Shown here piece by piece: positions 56,737-64,000 of a stretch of 64,000 nt of DNA. Position numbers and translations under genes: made by a program. The notes under the pieces were generated by a model that had not been told where the DNA came from, ran no database searches, and worked only from the letters and a program-made list of their open reading frames with translations. Numbering within the stretch: the stretch's first letter is position 1; every line of letters starts with the position of its first letter. Source of the stretch: Candidatus Parvarchaeota archaeon (lineage in GTDB: Archaea > Nanobdellota > Nanobdellia > WJKC01); contig JAUWZX010000001.1 in NCBI GenBank assembly GCA_030615175.1, positions 199,840 to 263,839 of the forward strand, written 5' to 3'.

Positions 56737-57663
56737 TTAAATATTTTGATATTTTCGTCTACGTCGTACACCCCTTAATTTCCAATGGAAAACCATGTGG
56801 ATTTTTTCATCCATTAAGTAAATCATTATTGGAATAGTTATTAGTCCTATTAATTGCGTGACTTGCAGTGCCTTGCCAATTAATAATGATAAGAGGCTTG
56901 TTATTACTGAGCCTATGAGTAATATGCTTGCTGCTTCAACTGCTTTGAGTATTTTAAGCCCTTTATAAAATGTTATTACATAAAAGAGCAAGAAAGTACT
57001 GCTTATTGTAATCCATGTCCATTGATTAATGCTGAAGTTAATTACATTAATTAGTAAGTTATTTGACTGTAAGTAAATTAGTAAGAATATTGAGCCAAGA
57101 GTCATTCTTGCCCAGGCAACAATGCTTGCAGGCAACTCTTTGAGTGCGTGTTTTGAGATTATTATTTCAGCACTCCAGAACAATGTAGCGATGAAGATAA
57201 GCAAGTCTCCATGGTTTAATTCAAGCAGGTTGGCATTAAATAATAAATAAACACCGAAAAGCAATCCTATAATGCACATTAATTGTTTTTTCGTTATTCT
57301 CTCCTTTAAGAATACTGCACTTATTGGTCCAACATATAAGAACATTGTCTTGTGAATGAATGCTGCATTAACTCCTGTACTAATCTTCAAGCCTGAGAAG
57401 AATAATAGGAATGGAATGCCTCCACCAATTAATCCAATAAAGATTAATTTCAGCCAATTCTTCTTATTAATCTTTAATAATCTCTTGTATTGTTTTATTG
57501 TAATTAGGATTGATGTTAAAATTAAAGCAACTGTTATGTTCTTAATTGTCGTGAACACGTAGGGGTTGAATCCTTTTACTGCAAAATTATTTGACCAGTT
57601 AGCGAAACCCCCGATAAGTGCTGCTATTAAAACAAGTGCTAACCCTTTCTTATATGTATTCAT
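56737..57663 (-). CDS. EamA/DMT-family transporter (10 TM)
   Basis: Two repeated 5-TM halves, each with EamA-like WSAEIIISKHAL / LIGKAL segments. Confidence 0.6.
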   Translation of the reverse strand: MNTYKKGLALVLIAALIGGFANWSNNFAVKGFNPYVFTTIKNITVALILTSILITIKQYKRLLKINKKNWLKLIFIGLIGGGIPFLLFFSGLKISTGVNAAFIHKTMFLYVGPISAVFLKERITKKQLMCIIGLLFGVYLLFNANLLELNHGDLLIFIATLFWSAEIIISKHALKELPASIVAWARMTLGSIFLLIYLQSNNLLINVINFSINQWTWITISSTFLLFYVITFYKGLKILKAVEAASILLIGSVITSLLSLLIGKALQVTQLIGLITIPIMIYLMDEKIHMVFHWKLRGVRRRRKYQNI

Positions 57664-58168
57664 GATATTCTTTAATTAACTCGCTGTACTTATTAAATTC
57701 TTCCCTGCTTAGGGTTTCAACTGCTTCCCAGTAATGGATGCCAACGCAATCACCCTTTCTTGCTTTGCAATTATTAATAACTTCTTTTTCCTTTCCTAAT
57801 ATGTTGACAAGTAGTTTATTATTATAATTTTTTATTACTCTCCCAACTAATGCCAAGCAGAAGTTAGCATCTTCCCTAACGCTGCACCATTTAATTACTA
57901 ATTCATTATGCGTGTTAAACATGTATTCCTTCATCGGGTTTTTAACACTTTTTTCAATTAATTTCAGAACCCTGGGGTAAGCCATGCACCAGCCTTTTTT
58001 CAGTACTTCGTCATTAATTACTCCTGTTTCTAAGGCTTTTTCAGTTTCATTTCCTACTTCTAACCATTTCTGCTTTATTTGCTCTCTTTTACTTCCTGTA
58101 TAGAAATCATAGTATTTTATGCATGGTATTGCCCAGGCAAGGAATTCCTTAACACATTTTTTTTCCAT
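57650..58168 (-). CDS. Hypothetical Cys-rich soluble protein (172 aa)
   Basis: 8 Cys in dispersed pairs; no family recognised. Confidence 0.4.
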   Translation of the reverse strand: MEKKCVKEFLAWAIPCIKYYDFYTGSKREQIKQKWLEVGNETEKALETGVINDEVLKKGWCMAYPRVLKLIEKSVKNPMKEYMFNTHNELVIKWCSVREDANFCLALVGRVIKNYNNKLLVNILGKEKEVINNCKARKGDCVGIHYWEAVETLSREEFNKYSELIKEYHEYI

Positions 58169-58220
58169 TCATTTTACAATAGGCTTTGTATTAATTAAAT
58201 ATTTTCTGTGCACTTAGTCT

Positions 58221-59648
58221 TTAATTATCTTCTTTGTGGATGAACTTGTAGAATGGAGGCCCGTTTTTACCTAATTCCTCAATCCTTGCAAGAGCTGGTT
58301 TAACTTTTGTTCCTGGCTGCAGGTCGCATCCTGCTATTAATGATTCCACTATCCCGTTTGGTGTTTTTATCATGGCTTTCCTGAAAATACCGTCAAGTGA
58401 TTTTGAAGTGGACACTACTTCTCCTTTGCTTATATTATTGCGTTCAACAGTTTTGCACCCTCTTCTTTTCATCTCGCTTTTATACTCTATATTCCTAAAC
58501 TGGGGCATTCCTTCTGCTCTGAATTTCATCCAGTCTAAAACTGTTTCAGGAGAAATGTATTCCTTAACCCTTAGAAATTCTTCAACAGTTTTTTCACTCT
58601 TCACAACTTCCTGTAATCCTTCACGAGTTTCGATAAACAAACTCATGGCTGTTGCTCCGGAACCGTATGATATTATTAATAATTTCTCATCTTGTCTTGA
58701 CTGCTCAAGCATGTTTGCCAGAGTTATAAGCACTGTTACAGGGTAAGGGTTGCCGATTACGCTTCCTGTTTCCCTTGCTATTCTTGTTTTTTCAAAAAAA
58801 GTTCCTTTTTTAAGAAGTTCTTCAAGAGGATTATCCTTTATTACTGGTTCTTTATCTGCTCTCGCGCTCCACTCCATCATTTTCGGGAAAGGCGTGTGCA
58901 TTCCAATCTTGTTAAAATCATGAATTGTTTCTTTGCATTCTTTAAGCATGTTCTTTAGTGATTCAACAACATGCTTCTTATATGATTTAACTGTTTCTTC
59001 TCCCATGTGTGATGGTGCTTTTTCACCTGGTTTTCTCCAGAAATCTTTTGTATTACTTGTGTAATTACCCACGTGTTTAATAACTGCAACAGGGTTTTCT
59101 CCAATAATGAATGCGGCAGCGCCGTCGCCAACAGTGTACTCTAAGGCATCGCCTATATTTGCTTGCGCAGTGTCTGAGGCAACAACGAGAATGCATTTAT
59201 TATTATAATTTGCTTCTCTGATAGCAGAAATTATTCCGCTAGTGCCTGCCTGGCATGTGAATGTTAGGTTAATGAGTTCAACATTGGATTTTAAGCCCAG
59301 TGATTCAATAAGTTCTGTTGCTGCAACAACTTCATCAATATGCGTTTCGGTTGCGAAGTAAACAGAGCCGATATCTGCTGGTTTAACTCCTGCTCTTTTA
59401 AAGGCATTAATTGATGCTTCATGAGCCATGGTTATGACATCTTCACTTGGATGCGCTTTTCTTCTTTCAATAACTCCTAATCCTTCTGTTATCTTCTTGA
59501 AATCTATTTTATCTTTTTCTTCTTTATACTGGTTTCTGTACTTAATGTATTCTTCATTGCTTATTGTTTGTAATGGAAGATAAATCCCCCACCCTTTAAT
59601 GCCGTACTTTTCATTATATCTTTCGTTAATCATTAAATAATTAAGCAA
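58221..59648 (-). CDS. HMG-CoA synthase (archaeal type) with ~120-aa C-terminal DUF35-like OB-fold extension
   Basis: Thiolase-fold catalytic region (active Cys in LTFTCQAGTSG, EYTVGDGAAAFIIG, GNPYPVTVLITL, ISYGSG). ~350-aa core plus extra C-terminal GEVVSTSKSLDG...IKTPNGIVESLIAGCDLQPGTKV segment. Confidence 0.55.
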   Translation of the reverse strand: MLNYLMINERYNEKYGIKGWGIYLPLQTISNEEYIKYRNQYKEEKDKIDFKKITEGLGVIERRKAHPSEDVITMAHEASINAFKRAGVKPADIGSVYFATETHIDEVVAATELIESLGLKSNVELINLTFTCQAGTSGIISAIREANYNNKCILVVASDTAQANIGDALEYTVGDGAAAFIIGENPVAVIKHVGNYTSNTKDFWRKPGEKAPSHMGEETVKSYKKHVVESLKNMLKECKETIHDFNKIGMHTPFPKMMEWSARADKEPVIKDNPLEELLKKGTFFEKTRIARETGSVIGNPYPVTVLITLANMLEQSRQDEKLLIISYGSGATAMSLFIETREGLQEVVKSEKTVEEFLRVKEYISPETVLDWMKFRAEGMPQFRNIEYKSEMKRRGCKTVERNNISKGEVVSTSKSLDGIFRKAMIKTPNGIVESLIAGCDLQPGTKVKPALARIEELGKNGPPFYKFIHKEDN

Positions 59649-59916
59649 TCATGTCCCTTTTAAATATTTTTATAGGCTTTCCCGCGCAGGACTTTGTTCC
59701 ATCGCGTCCAACGCGTTTTTAAGAATTTTTTTATATTCTTCCTGTCAATTACGAATATTGCTGTGAGGATTATGAAATTTATTATTACGAAGATGTAGTG
59801 TTCCATTAAAATTTAAGGAATTAATTGATAATAATAAGTTTTATTATGAAGAGAAAAACTTTAAAAAATAGGATTTCTAATAAAGAGAAGAATGAAGAAA
59901 TATCGAGGTAAAAACA

Positions 59917-61143
59917 ATGAAAACTAGGTTTGTATTTGGTATTGCAGCGATGCTATTAGTAGTAACAGCTGTAACAGCGCAAGCCAGTCAAATGTCGTAT
60001 TACGTAGAGTCCGACAATCCGGTATTAAAGTTTTTCCTAGGAGTAAAGCATGAATTCCCTGGAGTGTTTTCAACAGAGTTGACACAAGGCCAAGCAGGAT
60101 TTCTCAACGCTTTTGGAATAAAAACAGAGCCAGTTCAGATTTATGAAATTACAGGAAAGCCAACCTGTAATAATAATGGAATTTGTGAGCCAGAACAAGG
60201 GGAAAATCCAAGTTGTGCAGATTGTAAGAATGATGGCGAAGAGGAACCACCAGCAGAAGGAAGAACTTGTACACCTTCTACACAATTACCATATGGTATA
60301 ACAATGGTTAATGGCGGCTCTGGCGGATTAGGAGTGATAGTTGCTGTTTTAGATACAGGAGTAGACACGGACCATCCAGACTTGGTGGGCAATATTAAAG
60401 ACTGTGTGACAAAAGTTACGCACTTTGTACCTGACAGTAAAAATTGCGAAGATGGACATGGCCATGGAACCCATGTGTCAGGAACAGTGTTGGCAAATGC
60501 TGGTTCAGATGGATTAGGAATCTATGGTGTAGCGCCAGAAGCGAGTTTGATGGCAGTAAAAGTTTGTGATAAGAGAGGACTGTGTTATGGAGATGACATT
60601 GCAGCAGGAATTTACTATGCAGCAGACAATGGAGCAAATATAATATCAATGAGTATTGGTGGAGATTCACCAGATTCACAGATTTTGGCAGCAATAGACT
60701 ATGCAGTTGATAAAGGAGTTCTGCCAGTTGCAGCAGCAGGAAATGATGGGCCAGAAGATGGTAGCATAGATTATCCAGGAGCTTATGTAAAAGTAATAGC
60801 GGTTGGAGCAATTGACATTAACGAACAAGTTCCAGACTGGTCTTCGAGAGGAGTAAACGATGGAGACGATGTTATAGAGGAAAGGGAAGTTGAATTCGGA
60901 ACGCCAGGAGTTTCAATAGAATCAGCATACAATGATGGATGTTACGCCTACAAGTCAGGCACGAGTATGGCAACACCACACGTTTCAGGATTAGCAGCTA
61001 AATTGTGGGATGCAGCAGACGGGGTACTGGATGGCGCTGGTAATGCAGTAGATACAAGAAGTTACTTACAGGGGATAGCAAGCGATATCTGGACTGTAGG
61101 GGACGACACTGCAACTGGATTCGGATTACCAATAGCATCATAA
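59917..61143 (+). CDS. Secreted subtilisin-like serine protease (S8)
   Basis: Signal peptide. Catalytic triad motifs VAVLDTGVDTDHPDL (Asp), HGHGTHVSGTV (His), GTSMATPHVSG (Ser). Confidence 0.85.
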   Translation: MKTRFVFGIAAMLLVVTAVTAQASQMSYYVESDNPVLKFFLGVKHEFPGVFSTELTQGQAGFLNAFGIKTEPVQIYEITGKPTCNNNGICEPEQGENPSCADCKNDGEEEPPAEGRTCTPSTQLPYGITMVNGGSGGLGVIVAVLDTGVDTDHPDLVGNIKDCVTKVTHFVPDSKNCEDGHGHGTHVSGTVLANAGSDGLGIYGVAPEASLMAVKVCDKRGLCYGDDIAAGIYYAADNGANIISMSIGGDSPDSQILAAIDYAVDKGVLPVAAAGNDGPEDGSIDYPGAYVKVIAVGAIDINEQVPDWSSRGVNDGDDVIEEREVEFGTPGVSIESAYNDGCYAYKSGTSMATPHVSGLAAKLWDAADGVLDGAGNAVDTRSYLQGIASDIWTVGDDTATGFGLPIAS

Positions 61144-61185
61144 ACTTTTTTCTTTCTTTTTCTTTATTCTTTTTTTTTATTGTAA
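61144..61185 (+). terminator. Oligo-T tract (archaeal-type terminator) after the subtilisin gene
   Basis: TTTTTTCTTTCTTTTTCTTTATTCTTTTTTTTTATT directly following the stop codon. Confidence 0.4.
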
Positions 61186-61225
61186 AAGAAAAATTATTTA
61201 ATTAAGTTATTTGCTCTAATGATTC

Positions 61226-61870
61226 GTGGTTGTCAGACTTAACCTTGGCAGGATTAGTGAATTTGAAGACAGAGAGCCTGACTATAAGAATAATCCTGTA
61301 ATCCAGCAGTATTTTAAAATATTACTTAAAACAACTAATTGGCTTGAAGCTTATCATCCTTGCTTGTTTAGCACGCCTAGTAATTGGAGTCAGGGTGAAG
61401 GGCACTTGTTCACTGACAGAATCTGTGTGGTGGAGGGATTAGAGGCTGAGTTAGGGAGAAAAGGATTCATGAGTCCTTACCATGATGATATCATGTTTAC
61501 TGATGCTGAAAGGGAAGGCCTTCGAGAGATTTTGGAGCAGACGACTCTTGAGTTCTTAAATAAGTCCAGAGAGCCAGGTGAGTACTGGTCGCTTGATGGA
61601 AAACCAGATAATAAGCGTTTACTGCACACCTTTTTTATTTACTTTAATGAATCGCATTGGGAGTGGTACATGGTTATCGGTTATGATGATAGGAAAACGT
61701 TATTCTCAATAGATTATGCCAGTGTTGTGAACAGGTTAAACAGGCGGGAGTTCAAGGAGTTTGTTAAAACAGCAATGGAAAACGTTGAACAGGGCAGGAT
61801 AGTGGAGCCGGATGGGATATTTACGGACAGGAACTTTACTAAAAGCCCATTAATAACTGATTACTTATGA
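61226..61870 (+). CDS. Hypothetical protein (214 aa)
   Basis: No motif recognised; codon usage intermediate. Confidence 0.4.
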   Translation: MVVRLNLGRISEFEDREPDYKNNPVIQQYFKILLKTTNWLEAYHPCLFSTPSNWSQGEGHLFTDRICVVEGLEAELGRKGFMSPYHDDIMFTDAEREGLREILEQTTLEFLNKSREPGEYWSLDGKPDNKRLLHTFFIYFNESHWEWYMVIGYDDRKTLFSIDYASVVNRLNRREFKEFVKTAMENVEQGRIVEPDGIFTDRNFTKSPLITDYL

Positions 61871-61960
61871 AACGTAAATGATTTAATAATATTTAAAAAG
61901 CATATATACTAAAGTTGATACATAATTATTATATAGCGTTCACATTTATATTAATCATTA

Positions 61961-62785
61961 ATGGTTGGCGTCTTTTCAAGAAGTTTTAAATTGGTGAAGG
62001 AAAGTTTTGCAGTTCTTAAAAAGGATAAGGAGATTATGTGGTTTCCAGTAATCTCTGTAATCGTGACTGTTTTATTGTTCGTGTCTTTCATAACTCCAAT
62101 TTATTTTTCCGCAGATATCAGATTAGGAGATTTAACAAGTAATTATTTATATTACGTAATGTTCTTTGCTTATTATCTTTTAAGTTATTTTATTATTATA
62201 TTCTTTAATACTGGATTAATAACTTGCGTTCATATAAGATTGCATGGTGGGGATCCGACTCTTAGTGATGGTCTTAAAAATGCTGCAAAACATGTTAAGA
62301 AGATATTCATATGGGCTTTAATATCTGCCACTATTGGAATCATTTTAAGAGCAATTGCTAATAAGTCAGGTACTTTAGGTAAGATAGTTACGGGGATTAT
62401 TGGCATGGTTTGGAGTTTACTAACCTTCTTTGTAATTCCAGTTATGATTTTTGAAAATGTGAGCGTGTTTCAGTCAATTAAGAGGTCAGGGCACTTGTTC
62501 AAGAAGACTTGGGGTGAGAATGTGGTTGGTAGATTCTCGATAGGAATCTTCTTTGTGATTTTAAGTCTTATCGGAATTATTCCATTAGTGTTGTCATTAT
62601 TTACAATGTCTCTCACCATGATTATCCTGGTGCTTGCATCCGTGATTACTTACTGGGTCATCCTTGGAGTGATTAGTTCAAGTTTAAGCGTGATTTTCAC
62701 TACCGCCTTATATGATTACGCTAACACTGGTAAAGTCCCTTCTGCTTACAGTCCTGAAGTTATTAAAAATGCATTTAAGAAGTAA
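61961..62785 (+). CDS. Hypothetical membrane protein (6 TM)
   Basis: Hydrophobicity only. Confidence 0.45.
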   Translation: MVGVFSRSFKLVKESFAVLKKDKEIMWFPVISVIVTVLLFVSFITPIYFSADIRLGDLTSNYLYYVMFFAYYLLSYFIIIFFNTGLITCVHIRLHGGDPTLSDGLKNAAKHVKKIFIWALISATIGIILRAIANKSGTLGKIVTGIIGMVWSLLTFFVIPVMIFENVSVFQSIKRSGHLFKKTWGENVVGRFSIGIFFVILSLIGIIPLVLSLFTMSLTMIILVLASVITYWVILGVISSSLSVIFTTALYDYANTGKVPSAYSPEVIKNAFKK

Positions 62786-62890
62786 TAAAAAGACTTCAAA
62801 AAATTTAGCCCTGGGTGAGAGTTCTTTCTATGATTCATATCTTACCATCATTATAATTAAATTTAATGGAAGAATTATTTAAGGAATGTG

Positions 62891-63526
62891 TTAAACGGTT
62901 TTATAGCAATTATCTTCAATATCTGATTTTTTTAATATAATAAATTTTTGTGTTTTTCTGAGCTCGCTAGCAAAGCCAAAATTTACACTACAAACTATTG
63001 CCTCTTTTTTATTTCTTTTTACTAGGTTTAAAGCAGGAATGAAATCCGCGTCACCTGAAATGAGAATGCAGCAATCACACTCTCCTTTTAAGACACTATC
63101 TATCATGGCTACAGCAATCATTACATCTATGCCTTTTTCTTTTTTATTAAAGTCACCTATGCATTCCATACAATGTTGAACAACTTTTGGTTTGCATTCT
63201 TCGCAGAAATCTAATTCTTTAATAAGTAACCTTTTTGCTTCTTGTAATTCTTTATTAGACCTTTTTTGCAGTTTTCGTGTTTTAACTACGAATTTTTCTA
63301 AAGCGTTAAGTTCGTTTAAGAATTTAATATGTTTGTAATAGACTTCTTCACTATCTCTTATATCTGGGATCGCGTTATAATAATATGTTAGTTTCCATCT
63401 GTAACTAAGTTCTTTACATATAAATTCGCATAATTTCTTGAAATCAATCATTTTAGGGATTAATCTAATCCCTTTTGAGTTATGATAAAAATTGCTTCCA
63501 TCAATGAATATTATTGCGCTCTTCAT
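62891..63526 (-). CDS. NYN-domain (LabA/DUF88-like) putative RNase with inserted Cys4 zinc ribbon
   Basis: IIFIDGSNFYH (Asp 1), KGIDVMIAVAMID, ILISGDADFIP acidic motifs of the NYN fold. Inserted CEECKPKVVQHCMEC. Confidence 0.6.
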   Translation of the reverse strand: MKSAIIFIDGSNFYHNSKGIRLIPKMIDFKKLCEFICKELSYRWKLTYYYNAIPDIRDSEEVYYKHIKFLNELNALEKFVVKTRKLQKRSNKELQEAKRLLIKELDFCEECKPKVVQHCMECIGDFNKKEKGIDVMIAVAMIDSVLKGECDCCILISGDADFIPALNLVKRNKKEAIVCSVNFGFASELRKTQKFIILKKSDIEDNCYKTV

Positions 63527-63836
63527 AGCGTTTTTATAGCTGGCACTAATTAAAAAGTTTTTACATTAAAATTAAAGAAGCCCAGTATTTCCTCCGAAAA
63601 GGGCATACTGGGGACTTAATATTTATTAAATAGATTCAATCATATAAAAAACTTTTGTTTCAGTTTTTATACTCAAAATTTTCAACAAATCATGTAATTC
63701 CTCTATTCTATGGTACATTAGTTCTAATTGCCATGCTTCTGTACATTCTTCTTTAAGCGTGTGTAATCTTTATAAATTCTCTATAGATTTGCTCCTTGTC
63801 CATTAGGAAACTTTAGTTAATAACTGATTACTTATA

Positions 63837-63910
63837 AGCCCCGGATGAGATTTGAACTCACGACCTATTGCTTACGAGGCAATCGCTCTAACCAGCTGAG
63901 CTACCGGGGC
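63837..63910 (-). tRNA. tRNA-Thr (anticodon CGT)
   Basis: Reverse complement GCCCCGG-TA-GCTC-AGCTGGTTAG-AGCG-A-TTGCC.. with anticodon stem ATTGC/GCAAT, loop CTCGTAA, T-arm GGTCG? read as GTGAGTTCAAATCTCAT, acceptor CCGGGGC+T. 74 nt. Confidence 0.85.
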
Positions 63911-64000
63911 AGTTAAGAATATAGAATAATTAAAAGAGTATTTAATCTTTACTAATCGGGACGTGAGCATCTTTTCTAAAAGTAAGTATGCGCCTCGCTT

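Noticed and set aside
60070-60811. Minus-strand ORFs (71, 83, 131 aa; e.g. MLQPLLLLHKLL...) antisense to the subtilisin gene
   Set aside because: Leu/His-rich low-complexity translations of the reverse strand of a strongly supported CDS. Typical spurious ORFs in a GC-richer gene.
1-64000. CRISPR arrays, rRNA, RNase P/SRP RNA, transposases/integrases, toxin-antitoxin or restriction-modification genes
   Set aside because: No regularly spaced repeats, no rRNA-like conserved stretches, and no ORFs with transposase/integrase/defence motifs were seen. Absence claims rest on manual inspection only.

Overview
This is an AT-rich (~33% GC) archaeal chromosomal segment with tightly packed, often overlapping genes, most consistent with a small-genome DPANN-like archaeon; that lineage guess is an inference from gene content. 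The information-processing genes are archaeal/eukaryal-type: Orc1/Cdc6, TBP, FEN-1, aEF-1beta, eS17, and LeuRS/TrpRS/GlyRS/PheRS, plus intron-containing tRNA and EndA.

Positions 1-20.8 kb are one large protein N-glycosylation / surface-glycan locus.
- A minus-strand nucleotide-sugar supply operon: a PMM/PGM fragment, a GlmU-like nucleotidyltransferase, and an RHH-fused nucleotidyltransferase.
- Divergent from it, a 13-kb plus-strand string of GT4/GT2 glycosyltransferases, SAM methyltransferases, a Wzx-like flippase, a flavin-reductase-like protein, DUF362 and a Gfo/Idh/MocA oxidoreductase.
- Then minus-strand GT-C membrane glycosyltransferases, AglH (Alg7-type GlcNAc-1-P transferase) and AglB/STT3 (WWDYGYW), preceded by orc1.

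The remainder is mostly housekeeping.
- A SAMP/ThiS-like GG protein next to a TtuA/NcsA tRNA thiolase.
- A Zn-ribbon gene next to aEF-1beta.
- An AMP-salvage operon: R15P isomerase, a HAD hydrolase and AMP phosphorylase.
- NucS/EndoMS, an MFS transporter, and a GlyRS-PheS-PheT operon.
- A secreted S16 Lon-like protease and a subtilisin.
- Two sequon-rich surface proteins.
- tRNA-Arg(TCT), tRNA-Thr(CGT) and an intron-bearing tRNA-Trp(CCA).

No CRISPR array, rRNA, transposase/integrase or recognisable defence genes were found.

The most unusual observations are:
- a tRNA-Trp that needs two introns, the canonical one carrying box C'/D'-like elements positioned to guide Cm34;
- a 12-nt duplicate of that tRNA's 5' end upstream of it;
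- an RHH domain fused to a sugar nucleotidyltransferase;
- an HMG-CoA synthase with a C-terminal DUF35-like extension;
- a compositionally distinct subtilisin region near tRNA-Thr.

All functional calls are from motif recognition by eye; no database searches were run.
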